NCBI GenBank assembly: GCA_965248695.1
Contig: CBDFKD010000002.1
Coordinates: 4,896,001-4,960,000 of the forward strand
Direction of reading: 5' to 3'
Origin: Acidobacteriota bacterium
GTDB taxonomy: Bacteria > Acidobacteriota > UBA890 > WLXD01
Length of the DNA stretch: 64,000 bases
A program made the position numbers and the translations under genes. Shown here in pieces: positions 1 to 9,948 of this stretch. The notes below the pieces were generated by a model. The model did no database searches, was not told the DNA's origin, and worked only from the letters and a program-made list of their open reading frames with translations. The number at the start of each line of letters is the position of its first letter. Positions within the stretch are counted from its first letter, which is position 1.

Positions 1-1357
1 TCTCGAGCGACGTGCTTCCACGCCAGCCATGCACCTGTGCCCAGCCGGTCAGGCCGGCACGCACCCGGTGCCGGAGCATGTAGTGCGGAATTCGATGCCT
101 GAACTCGTCGACGAAGTAGGGGCGTTCCGGGCGCGGTCCGACGAGGCTCATGTCGCCACGAAGGATGTTCCAGAACTGGGGAAGCTCGTCGAGGCTCAGC
201 TTGCGCAGAAGGGCTCCGATCGGCGTGCAGCGCACATCCTGCTGGTGGGCCCACACCGGGCCGGTTTCCTTCTCGGCATCGACGACCATGGAACGGAACT
301 TGAGAATCTCGAAAGCCCGCCCGTCGAGACCCATGCGCTGCTGCCGAAACAGGATGGGGCCGGGTGAGGTGAACTTGACGGCCAGCGCGATGAGCGGGAA
401 CAGCGGTGCGAAGAGCGCCAGACAGGCCGCCGCCACGAAGATGTCGGCAGTCCGCTTCAAGACCGCAGCGAAACCCTCCATGTGAATACGCGAGAGGTTG
501 ATGATCGGAACCCCGTCAAGGTCTTCGAGCCCGGCACCGAGGGTCAGGTATTGCAGCAGATCCGGTACGATCTTCACCTCGACGATCTCGTTGGCGACGC
601 TGCGCCATACGTCCAGGATGCGCTCGTGTGAGGAGGTGGGCAGCGCGACGTAGAGCTGGTGCACGATCTGGTTCTGGACGACGTTGAGCGTGTCGCCGAG
701 ATCACCGACGACGGGGACGCTCCGATAGTCCTCGGCCTCGGGATCATCGGTGACCATGCCGATAACCTGGAAGCCGAACTCCTCATGAAGTCGCACGCGG
801 TCGATGACACTGTGGGCGAGTTCTCCGCTGCCGGCAATGAGGATGCGGCGCAGGTTGTGTCCCGACCGCCGCATATGATCCACCCAGGCCTGCAGGGTTA
901 CTCGAGCGCCGACGGTCAACGCCATCACGGCGCCCGAGAAGATGAGCAGGAACAGGCGGGACACGTTCCACTCCTGCACTCGCATCAAGGCGGTGTCGGT
1001 TCCGACGACCACCGGGACCCACTGGGTGGGCCGATAGAACAGTGACACGAAAGCGGCGACCAGGATCATTCCGAACATCACCGCCCCAGCGGTGCGGAAG
1101 TAGGTCTCGGTGCGTGAATCGGCGCGTCGAATGCGATAGAGAGCTGCCGACGACAGCGAAAGCGGCAGGATGATCAAAGCGGCGACGAGCACGCGGAGAT
1201 AGCTAGCCAGCGTCGGGATATCGCCCGGCAGATCGCTCGCCGGAACGATCTGGAAGTCGAACCGCAGCCAGTACGCGAGCAGGAACGCACCGCCGATCGA
1301 CACGGTATCCGCCACCAGCAGGAGGATCGCAATCTTCAGGCGGTGTCGGTGGATCAA
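1..1357 (-). CDS. Undecaprenyl-phosphate sugar phosphotransferase (WcaJ/WbaP-like priming glycosyltransferase), 3' end runs off the window
   Basis: Not in the ORF track because it has no stop inside the window. Read by hand from TTG at 1357 (GGGAG upstream): N-terminal hydrophobic helices, then KRTADI...FRQQRMG...KFRSM, DELPQFWNILRGDMSLVGPRPERP and GLTGWAQVHG, all bacterial sugar transferase motifs. Confidence 0.9.
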   Translation of the reverse strand, partial: MIHRHRLKIAILLLVADTVSIGGAFLLAYWLRFDFQIVPASDLPGDIPTLASYLRVLVAALIILPLSLSSAALYRIRRADSRTETYFRTAGAVMFGMILVAAFVSLFYRPTQWVPVVVGTDTALMRVQEWNVSRLFLLIFSGAVMALTVGARVTLQAWVDHMRRSGHNLRRILIAGSGELAHSVIDRVRLHEEFGFQVIGMVTDDPEAEDYRSVPVVGDLGDTLNVVQNQIVHQLYVALPTSSHERILDVWRSVANEIVEVKIVPDLLQYLTLGAGLEDLDGVPIINLSRIHMEGFAAVLKRTADIFVAAACLALFAPLFPLIALAVKFTSPGPILFRQQRMGLDGRAFEILKFRSMVVDAEKETGPVWAHQQDVRCTPIGALLRKLSLDELPQFWNILRGDMSLVGPRPERPYFVDEFRHRIPHYMLRHRVRAGLTGWAQVHGWRGSTSLE

Positions 1358-1385
1358 CGACTTCGCTCCCCGTGGGGTCGGAGAA

Positions 1386-2504
1386 TCACGAGATGTCCGA
1401 GGCGGAGGCGAACCGCGTACGGTCGACGGTGCGCTCGAGAAACCCGGTCATCCGACGGTCGAACACGTCGATGGCATATCCCTCCGCGTGAGCTCGGATG
1501 ACCTCTGTATTGAAGGTGAGCCCCTCGCACCTGTCAACAACCTCTACGAGCGCTTCTGGGGTGCATTGTGGGATGTGCAGGCCGGTAATGCCCGGCACAA
1601 CCGCCTCCAGGGCACCGCCGTCGGCCAGCACGAGCGCCGGGCGACCGCATGCCATTGCCTCCAGCGGTGCGATTCCCGCATCCTCGATTCCCGGGAGCAC
1701 GAATGCTCGGCACCGTTGATACAGGTCCACCAGCTCTGCGTCGGTGACTCGCCCGGTGAGACGCACGGTCGAACCGGCGAGCTGGCGAAGTCTGTCGGCC
1801 TCGGGGCCGGCTCCGACGATGACGAGACTCCGACGCATGCGGTTGAACGCCTCGATCGCTACCTCCACCTGCTTGTATGGGCTCAACGCGGTGACCATGA
1901 GGTAGAAGTCGTCCGGCTGGGCGCCGGACGGCGTGAAGCGGTCGGTGTCGACCGGCGGCGGGATGACCTCTGAATCGCGCCCGTAATAGCGGTGGATGCG
2001 GCCGGCCACGTAGCGCGAGTTGGCCACGAAGGAGTCGACGCGAGGCGCAGTTCTGCGATCCCAGCGGCGCAGGCCGGCCATTGTCGGCCGGATGAGCGCG
2101 TGCCGCGCTCGGCCAACGCGCTCGGTCGAGAAGTACGCATCGAATTGATCCCAGGCGTAGCGCATCGGCGTGTGGCAGTAGCAGACGTGATGGGCCTCGG
2201 GTCTACCGATGGCCGCCTTGGCGGCACAGTGGCTACTCGACAAGACGAGATCGAATTCCGTCAGGTCGAGCGTCCGCATCGCCAGCGGGTAGAGCGGCAG
2301 ATACCACCGATACGAAGGCCGCCGACCGAGTCTCTGAAGAAAAGAGGTACGGATCGGATGCTCCTCGATCTCCGAGCTGACGCTGCCAGGATGATGAAAC
2401 AGCGTGTAGATGGGTGCGTCGGGAAACAGTGCGGCAAGGCGCTCGAGCACCTTCTCGCCGCCTCGCATGCCGGTGAGCCAGTCGTGTACGAGCGCTGTTT
2501 TCAT
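1386..2504 (-). CDS. Glycosyltransferase family 4 (GT-B)
   Basis: N-terminus MKTALVHDWLTGMRGGEKVL, YCHTPMRYAW, and EDAGIAPLEAMACG (EX7E motif). Confidence 0.9.
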   Translation of the reverse strand: MKTALVHDWLTGMRGGEKVLERLAALFPDAPIYTLFHHPGSVSSEIEEHPIRTSFLQRLGRRPSYRWYLPLYPLAMRTLDLTEFDLVLSSSHCAAKAAIGRPEAHHVCYCHTPMRYAWDQFDAYFSTERVGRARHALIRPTMAGLRRWDRRTAPRVDSFVANSRYVAGRIHRYYGRDSEVIPPPVDTDRFTPSGAQPDDFYLMVTALSPYKQVEVAIEAFNRMRRSLVIVGAGPEADRLRQLAGSTVRLTGRVTDAELVDLYQRCRAFVLPGIEDAGIAPLEAMACGRPALVLADGGALEAVVPGITGLHIPQCTPEALVEVVDRCEGLTFNTEVIRAHAEGYAIDVFDRRMTGFLERTVDRTRFASASDIS

Positions 2505-3625
2505 TGCCCACCACCGGCGGCCTCGGAGTAGATCATGAGGGTGGCCTCAGCGGCGCGATCCCATGGCAGCTGTGCGGCCCGGTCGCGGCCGCGTTGCCTG
2601 AGCTCGTCGGCGAGGTTGCCATCGTCGAGGACTCGAACCACGCCGGCCGTGATCGAGTCGGTCTCGACTGGGTTCACCAGTACCGCGGCGTCGCCGACGA
2701 GCTCTGCCAGCCCACCGGCCGAGGCCGCGACTACCGGGGCTCCGGCCGCCATCGCTTCGAGGGCCGGGAGGCCGAACCCTTCCCAGAGCGACGGCAACAC
2801 GAGCGCCGCGGCGCGCTGGTACAACAGGCGCAAGGCCACGTCGCTCACCGAGCCGAGGGCGAGACAGCGCTCGGGGCTGATCCGGGGGCGTGTCAGCGTA
2901 TCGATCTGGCCGGGACGGGCACCGACAAGCAACAGGTGAAGCCCCTCGCGCGCCTGAGCTAGGCGCTCGAAGGCGCACACCAAACGTTCCAGGTTCTTGT
3001 GCGGTTTCGGGTTGCCAACCCACAGCAGGTAGTGATCCGGTAACCCGAGCTGCCGGGAGATCGAAACGGCCTGCTCTGGCGAGGTTGGCTGGTGCCAGAA
3101 ATCGTCGATTCCGTTCAGCACCACGGAGATGCGCTCGCTCGGAGCTGAGAGGATCTCGACGAGGTCCTGACGCGTGGACTCCGACACGGCGATGATGTGT
3201 GAAGCGGCGTTCACTGCATGCCCCATCATCGTTCGTGCGTAAGCGTAGCTGAGGGTGCGCGGCAGGAAGCCGAGCGGGCGCGGTAGATGGCCGCGAAAAC
3301 GCAGATGAATACAATCGTGCACGGTCGCTACCACCGGGCACCGCAGCCGTGGTGGGACGACATAGTGCGGCGCGTGGAACACGTCCGCCCGCGCCCGCCG
3401 CACCTCGCGCGGTAGGCTGATTAGCTCCGCGAGACCGTATTTGCCCGACGAGTTGGCGATCCAGGTGATATTGGAATGGTCGTCGAGGCGGCCGCTCGTT
3501 TTCGGATCGCCGATGAGCACGAAGCGCCACTGCGGTCGTGCACGGGCGCAAGCCGCGACCAGGCCTCGAAGATACGAGCCGATCCCGTAATCGTTGATCT
3601 TGCGGGCGTCGATTGCGATGCGCAT
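2501..3625 (-). CDS. Glycosyltransferase family 4
   Basis: MRIAIDAR...YGIGSY, PHKNL, EGFGLPALEAMAAG. ATG at 3625 overlaps the upstream stop. Confidence 0.9.
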   Translation of the reverse strand: MRIAIDARKINDYGIGSYLRGLVAACARARPQWRFVLIGDPKTSGRLDDHSNITWIANSSGKYGLAELISLPREVRRARADVFHAPHYVVPPRLRCPVVATVHDCIHLRFRGHLPRPLGFLPRTLSYAYARTMMGHAVNAASHIIAVSESTRQDLVEILSAPSERISVVLNGIDDFWHQPTSPEQAVSISRQLGLPDHYLLWVGNPKPHKNLERLVCAFERLAQAREGLHLLLVGARPGQIDTLTRPRISPERCLALGSVSDVALRLLYQRAAALVLPSLWEGFGLPALEAMAAGAPVVAASAGGLAELVGDAAVLVNPVETDSITAGVVRVLDDGNLADELRQRGRDRAAQLPWDRAAEATLMIYSEAAGGGQ

Positions 3626-4542
3626 CAACCGTCGCCCGAGTCGTCGAAGAGTGCGGTCGCCGGCGTCCGACGCAACGAGGCGGCAATTTCGCGCCCGCGG
3701 GCGCGATGTGGCGCGTCACCGAACAGTGACATGAGCGCGTACCGCAGGCGCAGATAGGTGCGCAGGCAGCCCAGCGCGACGCGCGAGCGATGCTTGCCGT
3801 AGAAGGCGATCTGACTGGTGCGATACCAGCGTTCGGTCAGCGGCTCGAGGGTGGCCGAGGCGCCGCGAGTGTGGCGTACGCGCGCCCCGGGGACGTAGCG
3901 CAAACGCCACCCGGCGCTCACCAGCCTGCGGCACAGGTCGACGTCCTCGGCGTACAGAAAGAAGCGTTCGTCGAATCCGCCGACGGCGTCGAATGCCTCA
4001 CGGCGAAGAAGCAGACACGCGGCGCTCAGCGAGGGGGTCACGCGGGGACGCGCGTAGCGCCGCGAAACGAAACGGTGCAGCAGCGGAACGCCGGCCTCGT
4101 AAGCACTACCGAGCGTCTTGAACCACGTTTCGTTGAGCAGGCTCAGCGTGCGCCCAACGGTGAGCTCCGTACGGCCGCGCTCGTCGGTGATGTGGGGTCC
4201 AGCGGCGCCCGCCTCGGGGTCGGCATCCAGTGTTGCGGCCAGAGTGGTATAAGCGCCCGTGCACAGCTCGGCGTCGCTGTTGACCAGCAGCAGATGCGGC
4301 GCCCGGCCGCGGGCGGCGGCGCGGTTGATCGCCGTTCCGAAACCCAGGTTGTTGGAGTTGCGGATGAGGGAGGCCTCAGGAAACCGCTCGCCTATCATCT
4401 CGGCGCTGCCGTCGGTCGAGGCGTTGTCGATCACAATCAGGTGAGCCCGCGTGCCCAGTGCGGCGACGCTCTCACAGCACCGCCCCAGCAGCTCCCGGCG
4501 GTTGAAGCTCACGACTACGACGTCAACCTGCACGTCGTTCAT
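3625..4542 (-). CDS. Glycosyltransferase family 2 (rhamnosyltransferase/WbbL-like)
   Basis: VVVVSFN, IDNASTDGS, NLGFG, LVNSD, GGFDERFFLYAEDVDLCRR. Confidence 0.88.
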   Translation of the reverse strand: MNDVQVDVVVVSFNRRELLGRCCESVAALGTRAHLIVIDNASTDGSAEMIGERFPEASLIRNSNNLGFGTAINRAAARGRAPHLLLVNSDAELCTGAYTTLAATLDADPEAGAAGPHITDERGRTELTVGRTLSLLNETWFKTLGSAYEAGVPLLHRFVSRRYARPRVTPSLSAACLLLRREAFDAVGGFDERFFLYAEDVDLCRRLVSAGWRLRYVPGARVRHTRGASATLEPLTERWYRTSQIAFYGKHRSRVALGCLRTYLRLRYALMSLFGDAPHRARGREIAASLRRTPATALFDDSGDG

Positions 4543-5618
4543 GATCGGTCTCCTACAACCGTCGAGATCTCTCTACGTAGCCGTGAAGCGCTCGGCCCCC
4601 AGGCCTGCGCGCGGGCCCATTCGGTCCCGGCGTCGATGGCACGTTGACGCGCCGCGCCGTCGTCGAGCAGCTTCGACAGCGTTGCCTTCCATTGCGCCTC
4701 GTCGCCGTGTGCCACCAGCTGGGCGCGCCCGGCGTAGACCTCGGCCAGCGCCGTGGAGTTGGACGTGACCGCCGGCGTACCGCATGCCAGGGCCTCCAGG
4801 ACCGAAAGTCCGAAGCCCTCGTACGCCGACGGGTACGCCACCACCGTGGCAGCGGCGTACAGCGGCGCCAAATCCTCCTCTGGAACGTATCCGATGTGTC
4901 TGAGCGGTGCCTCGCTGCTCGCGCCGCTCGGTTGGGTACCCGCCATCAGCAGCTCGACGTCTGGGCGCGGTTCGGCGATCTCGGCCACCCACCGGCGAAG
5001 ATCGGCAAGGCCGCGCCGTTGCAGCCCCGAGCCGACGAACAGGACCGTGCGTCCGCGCATGGTGTAGCGTTGTCGTACGGCTTCGATGCGCTCGTCCGGG
5101 ACGGTGCCGAAGCCGCGACCCAGGCCCCACGGGATGACCAGCAACCGCGCATCGTCGATTGCCAGATGTCGACGCGCCTCACCGGCAGCGAACCGTGACC
5201 CCATGAACAGGAACGCGGCGCGCCGTGCCGCGATGCGTGCGCCGAGACGCCGGCGCCAGCGTTCGCGCCAACGGAACTCTCTCGGTAGCGCGAACGGCGC
5301 ACAGTCGTGCATGCAAACGGCGGTGGGGCAGGGCGCACGCAGCGGCATGCTGTAGTTGGGAGCCAGCAGCGCGTCGGCGCCGCTCTCTCGAAGCAATGCC
5401 GGTAACCGCAGCTGCTCCCATGCGAAGCCCGGCAGCCTCGGGGAATCGGAATCCACGATCCTGCTCCAATCGTGCCGCTGCAGCCTGTCGGTTAGCGGTG
5501 TCCGCGTGATCAGGCACACCTCGTCGCCCTCCGGCCACGCCTCCAGAAGTCCTTGCATCACGCGGCCCACACCGGTCGGTCTGCCGACCATCTCACGCGC
5601 GTCGACGGCGATTCTCAT
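4539..5618 (-). CDS. Glycosyltransferase family 4
   Basis: MRIAVDAR...PTGVGR and YEGFGLSVLEALACG; 4-nt overlaps with both neighbours. Confidence 0.88.
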   Translation of the reverse strand: MRIAVDAREMVGRPTGVGRVMQGLLEAWPEGDEVCLITRTPLTDRLQRHDWSRIVDSDSPRLPGFAWEQLRLPALLRESGADALLAPNYSMPLRAPCPTAVCMHDCAPFALPREFRWRERWRRRLGARIAARRAAFLFMGSRFAAGEARRHLAIDDARLLVIPWGLGRGFGTVPDERIEAVRQRYTMRGRTVLFVGSGLQRRGLADLRRWVAEIAEPRPDVELLMAGTQPSGASSEAPLRHIGYVPEEDLAPLYAAATVVAYPSAYEGFGLSVLEALACGTPAVTSNSTALAEVYAGRAQLVAHGDEAQWKATLSKLLDDGAARQRAIDAGTEWARAQAWGPSASRLRREISTVVGDRS

Positions 5619-6724
5619 GCCAGCAGCTGATCGTAGACGGCACCGGTGCGCTCGGCGGCCTTCTGCCAGGTGTATCGAGCCGCGCGATCCGTCCCCGCAG
5701 CGATCAGGCTCTCTCGGTAGCTCGTATCACTGAGCACCCGCTCACAGGCGTCCGTCAGGGCCTCGACATCTCCCGCGTCAAACCACGCGGCCGCCTCGCC
5801 CAGAACCTCCGGAAGGGCGCCGGCGCGTGACGCCACGACCGGCGTGCCAGATGCCATCGCCTCGACCGCCGTCAGGCCGAATCCCTCCCAATGCGAAGCC
5901 AGCACCAGGGCTTCGGCGCCGTGATAGAGGCCAGCCAGCTGGTTGCTCGGCAGATGCGGCAGACACCGAGTGCGCTGTCGAGCCCGACGCGGGGCGGCGC
6001 GCCAGGTGTGCTCCCAGCGATGGCCGGCGGGACCGACGAGCAGGAGATCGACTTCAGGGTACCGGGCGGCGACCTCATCGAACCCTCTCAGCAGGGTACC
6101 GAGATCCTTGCGCGGATCGCGGCGGCCGACGAACAACAGATAGGGGCGCTCGATTTCGAATGCCGACTTTGCCGCCTGGCTGCCACCAGCGTTGCCGGGA
6201 CCGTATGCCGCATCAACGCCGTTGTAGGTCACATGGATGCGTTCGGCGGCGACGCCGAAGAGCTCCTGGACCTCCTGCTTGGTGGTTTCGGAAACGGCGA
6301 TGATCGCGTCGGCGCGCTGCAGGGAGTCGGCCACCAATGGCACGTAGTGCCGACGTACGGAGCCCGATACCGCCTCGGGCTGGCGAGCGAAGTAGCAATC
6401 GTGCACGGTCACCAGACGCCGCGCCGTGCGCGTCGGCACCAGCATGGGTGAAGGCGAATGGGCGATGTCCAAGGGCCCGACCCAGCGTTCAACCGGTGGC
6501 CAGCGACGACGATGCCACAGCCAGTCGATCGCCCGTACGGGCAGGCGCACATCACGTACCCGAGTATTCGGAATGGCTGCGAGCCGGTGCTTCCAAGAGG
6601 CGGAGAACGCCGTGAAACGGTCGTCGGGGAAGGCCTGTACGAGAGCGGCCGTGAGACCGCGGACGTACGTGCCGACGCCGGTACTCTCATGGAGCGCCGG
6701 GCGATAGTCGATACAGACGTGCAT
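5615..6724 (-). CDS. Glycosyltransferase family 4
   Basis: Start placed at MHVCIDYRP (ATG 6724) rather than 6940. Motifs TGVGTY, PRKDL, EGFGLTAVEAMASG. Confidence 0.88.
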   Translation of the reverse strand: MHVCIDYRPALHESTGVGTYVRGLTAALVQAFPDDRFTAFSASWKHRLAAIPNTRVRDVRLPVRAIDWLWHRRRWPPVERWVGPLDIAHSPSPMLVPTRTARRLVTVHDCYFARQPEAVSGSVRRHYVPLVADSLQRADAIIAVSETTKQEVQELFGVAAERIHVTYNGVDAAYGPGNAGGSQAAKSAFEIERPYLLFVGRRDPRKDLGTLLRGFDEVAARYPEVDLLLVGPAGHRWEHTWRAAPRRARQRTRCLPHLPSNQLAGLYHGAEALVLASHWEGFGLTAVEAMASGTPVVASRAGALPEVLGEAAAWFDAGDVEALTDACERVLSDTSYRESLIAAGTDRAARYTWQKAAERTGAVYDQLLA

Positions 6725-6773
6725 CCGAAAGGCGTGGGATTGCCGCGGCGGAGGCAGGCGCGGCGAAGGTTGG

Positions 6774-6782
6774 ATGGTAGCA
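6774..6782 (-). promoter_or_regulatory. Putative extended -10 promoter (TGcTACCAT) for the glycosyltransferase operon
   Basis: Minus strand reads TGCTACCAT about 50 nt upstream of ATG 6724; same TGnTAnnnT pattern as other promoters in the window. Confidence 0.45.
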
Positions 6783-6875
6783 CGAGCGCTGTCGTTCGCG
6801 GTTCTCGGAGCGGGCCTTGGGCGCCGACGCGCGGAGGCATCGAGTACCCTCTGGGCGATTGAGAGGTTCAGAGCG

Positions 6876-6920
6876 ATGCGCACGAGGCTGCGACGACTGT
6901 TGGGAAGGTCGGGGGGATGA
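6876..6920 (+). CDS. Possible 14-aa upstream ORF (MRTRLRRLLGRSGG) coupled to lpxB
   Basis: GAGAGG at 6861-6866, ATG at 6876, TGA at 6918-6920 overlapping the lpxB ATG (ATGA). Confidence 0.3.
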   Translation: MRTRLRRLLGRSGG

Positions 6921-8110
6921 CCGAGCCGTCTAGGCTCCACGGCGAGCTACTCGTGGTCGCCGGAGAGGCGTCTGGTGACCTGCACGGCAGCAGCCTTATC
7001 CGGGAAATCAAGCGGCTGGAGCCGCACGTCGAGGTCACCGCGATCGGCGGGGATCTCATGGAAGCGGCCGGCGCCGAGTTGCTGGTGCACTACCGTAACC
7101 TGGCCGTTGTCGGCATCACCGAAGTGGTCCGGCATCTCGGGGATATCCGCCGCGCCATGCGTTGTGTGCTCGAGGCGGCTGGCCGGCAGCGGGTGCGGGC
7201 CGTCGTGTTGATCGACTACCCCGATTTCAACCTGACGCTTGCTCGCCGTTTGCGCCGCGCGCGGCCTGACTTGCCCATCGTCTACTACATAAGCCCCCAG
7301 GTTTGGGCCTGGCGCCGAGGCCGTGTCGGTCAGATCGCCCGCCTGGTCGATCACATGCTGGTGATCTTGCCGTTCGAGAAGGCGCTCTACGAAGGGGCCG
7401 GACTTCCCGTCGACTTCGTCGGGCATCCGCTGCTCGACGTGATCCCGGCCGCCGGTGACGCCGACGCTTTTGCTGCGCGCAACGGTCTCGATTCCGATCG
7501 TATCTGGGTCGGGCTGCTGCCCGGCAGTCGGCGTGCCGAGGTCGAGCGCCTGTTGCCGGCGATGCTGGGCGCCGCTGCGCAGCTGTCTACGAGTGGTGAC
7601 TACGAGTTCATCATTCCGGTGGCGACGGCGCTGGACACCGGGATCTACCGGCAGGTTCTCGACCGCCATCCGGATCGTCTGACCCAGCGTGTGCATCTGA
7701 TCGGGGGCGACACCTACGAGGCGGTGCGGCATGCCCGGGCGGCGGTCGTGTGCTCGGGTACCGCGACCCTGGAGGTAGCGCTCCTCGGGACGCCCGAAGT
7801 GGTCGTTTACAGGACATCCTGGCTCACTTACAATCTCGGAAAGTTACTCGTGCGCATCCCAGATATCGCGCTGGTCAATGTGGTCGCGGGGCATCGCGGC
7901 GTGCCCGAGCTGCTCCAGGACGAGGTTACTCCGGACGCAATCGTTGCCGAGCTGCGACCGTTGCTAGACGACGACGAGCGCAGGAACCGGGTCAAGCGCT
8001 TTCTGACGGACGTACGCTCCAGGCTCGGCGAGCCCGGCGCTTCCTTGCGCGCCGCGCGGGCCGTTGTCGCCAAGTTGACTCCGGCACCGACCGGAGGACC
8101 ACCGATCTGA
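6917..8110 (+). CDS. lpxB: Lipid-A-disaccharide synthase
   Basis: VAGEASGDLHG, LIDYPDFN, YISPQVWAWR, FVGHPL, LLPGSR, SGTATLE. Confidence 0.95.
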   Translation: MTEPSRLHGELLVVAGEASGDLHGSSLIREIKRLEPHVEVTAIGGDLMEAAGAELLVHYRNLAVVGITEVVRHLGDIRRAMRCVLEAAGRQRVRAVVLIDYPDFNLTLARRLRRARPDLPIVYYISPQVWAWRRGRVGQIARLVDHMLVILPFEKALYEGAGLPVDFVGHPLLDVIPAAGDADAFAARNGLDSDRIWVGLLPGSRRAEVERLLPAMLGAAAQLSTSGDYEFIIPVATALDTGIYRQVLDRHPDRLTQRVHLIGGDTYEAVRHARAAVVCSGTATLEVALLGTPEVVVYRTSWLTYNLGKLLVRIPDIALVNVVAGHRGVPELLQDEVTPDAIVAELRPLLDDDERRNRVKRFLTDVRSRLGEPGASLRAARAVVAKLTPAPTGGPPI

Positions 8111-9918
8111 TGGCCAATCTCAACCGCCTGCTCAGAATGGTCCGACCGTACGCTCCGCGAATGGTCGGCGCCATGATGGCGATGGGCGCCGTGGCGGCCG
8201 CCCACGGTGCCATCCTCTGGATGGTCAAGCCGGTGATCGACAACGCGCTGCAGCCGAGCGCGCAGGCTTCCTATGTGCGCATGCTGGCAGGCGTCATCGT
8301 GCTCCTGTATCTGACGCTGGGGATCGCCCGGTACCTATCGAGCTACCTCATGGGGAGCGTTGGATTCGCCGTGGTCAAGGACCTGCGGGTGGATCTGTAC
8401 CGCCATCTGCAGTTTCTGCCGCTGGCGTTCCACAAACGTCGATCGACCGGTGGCCTCATGTCGCGAGTCACCAGCGACGTGATGGCGATTCAAGAAGCGC
8501 TGACGCGCGTCCTCGTCGACCTGTTGCGCGAGAGCGCCACCTTGACGGTGTACATCGGGATCATGTTCGCCACCGACTGGTTGCTGACCGTGCTGATCCT
8601 GGTATCCGCACCGTTGCTGGTGGCGGTGATCGCCCGACTGGGCCGCGGGCTGCGCCGCGTCAGCCACCAGGCGCAAAGAGGGCTCGGACAGCTGTCCTCG
8701 CTCTTGCAAGAGACGCTGACCGGCATTCGGGTGGTCAAGGCGTTCGGTATGGAAGAGGCCGAGACGGAGAAGTTCCGCCGCTCGGCCGAGCGCCTCTACC
8801 GGCACTCGCTGCACGCCGAGCGGCTGGCGAGCATCGGGTCGCCGCTCATCGAGTTCATCGCCGCCAGCGCCGGTGCGCTGGTAATGGTCTACGGATCTTG
8901 GAGGATCACCAGCGGCAGCCTGACCACCGGGGATCTGGCGCGGGTGCTCTTCGCCACCTTCGCCACCTATGCGCCGTTGCGACGCCTGAGCTCCGCGAAC
9001 GTACGGATCCAAGCAGCCGCTGCGGCCGCCGATCGAATCTACGAAGTCCTCGACGAGCCGCTCGAGCCGCTGCGGGCGGGGTTGGCGGCGGCGGCGGACG
9101 GCGCCGCGAACGTCCTCCCGGGCTCGCATACCGGGCAGCCGATGCCGCCGCTGGTGCACGGGATCCGGCTACGTGAGGTCTCGTTCGCCTACGATGACGC
9201 TCCCGCGGACCGGATCCTGCACGAGATCGACCTGGAGATACCGGCCGGCAGCGCCGTGGCTCTCGTGGGGCCGTCCGGCGCCGGCAAGTCCACGCTGGCG
9301 AACCTCATCCCGCGCTTCTATGTGCCTACCGCGGGCGCGGTCAGCATCGACGGGATCGATCTCAACTCCATCTGCCTCGACGATCTGCGCGAGCAGATTG
9401 CCGTGGTGACTCAGGAAACGATCCTCTTCAACGATAGCGTGCGCAACAACATCGCCTATTGCCAGCCGGGAATTTCGAACGCCGCTGTGGAGCGCGCTGC
9501 GCGCGCCGCATTTGCGCACGATTTCGTCCAGGAGTTGCCCGATGGCTACGACACGATCCTCGGGGAGCTCGGCTTGCGGATCTCGGGAGGGCAACGGCAA
9601 CGGATCGCCATCGCTCGCGCGTTGTTGAAGAACGCCCCGATCCTCATCCTCGATGAAGCCACCAGCAATCTCGACGTGCGCTCTGACCGCCTTGTACAGG
9701 GGGCGCTGGTCAACTTGATGGAAGGTCGTACGACCCTCATCATCGCTCATCGGTTGTCGACCATTCAGGGAGCCGACCTCATCGTGGTGATCGAGGAGGG
9801 GCGGGTGGTCGAGCAGGGGACACACGAGCAGTTGCTGGCGCGGATGGGTGCCTACCAGCGCCTCTACTCGCTGGATTTCGCGGCCGCCGCCGGATCCGGA
9901 TTTGCACTCGAGGGCTGA
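8110..9918 (+). CDS. msbA: Lipid A export ABC transporter, fused permease/ATPase
   Basis: TM domain, Walker A GPSGAGKST, signature ISGGQRQR, ILDEATS, IAHRLST; directly after lpxB (ATG 8110). Confidence 0.85.
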   Translation: MANLNRLLRMVRPYAPRMVGAMMAMGAVAAAHGAILWMVKPVIDNALQPSAQASYVRMLAGVIVLLYLTLGIARYLSSYLMGSVGFAVVKDLRVDLYRHLQFLPLAFHKRRSTGGLMSRVTSDVMAIQEALTRVLVDLLRESATLTVYIGIMFATDWLLTVLILVSAPLLVAVIARLGRGLRRVSHQAQRGLGQLSSLLQETLTGIRVVKAFGMEEAETEKFRRSAERLYRHSLHAERLASIGSPLIEFIAASAGALVMVYGSWRITSGSLTTGDLARVLFATFATYAPLRRLSSANVRIQAAAAAADRIYEVLDEPLEPLRAGLAAAADGAANVLPGSHTGQPMPPLVHGIRLREVSFAYDDAPADRILHEIDLEIPAGSAVALVGPSGAGKSTLANLIPRFYVPTAGAVSIDGIDLNSICLDDLREQIAVVTQETILFNDSVRNNIAYCQPGISNAAVERAARAAFAHDFVQELPDGYDTILGELGLRISGGQRQRIAIARALLKNAPILILDEATSNLDVRSDRLVQGALVNLMEGRTTLIIAHRLSTIQGADLIVVIEEGRVVEQGTHEQLLARMGAYQRLYSLDFAAAAGSGFALEG

Positions 9919-9948
9919 GCCCGCGCCCGCTGGCGCGAGGGGCCGGTA

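Noticed and set aside
6725-6940. Long N-terminal extensions given by the ORF track (this GT4; also msbA 7750, ureohydrolase 11870, kinase 50229, rpsO 42931)
   Set aside because: They overlap neighbouring genes or promoters, and family homology starts at the downstream start codons.
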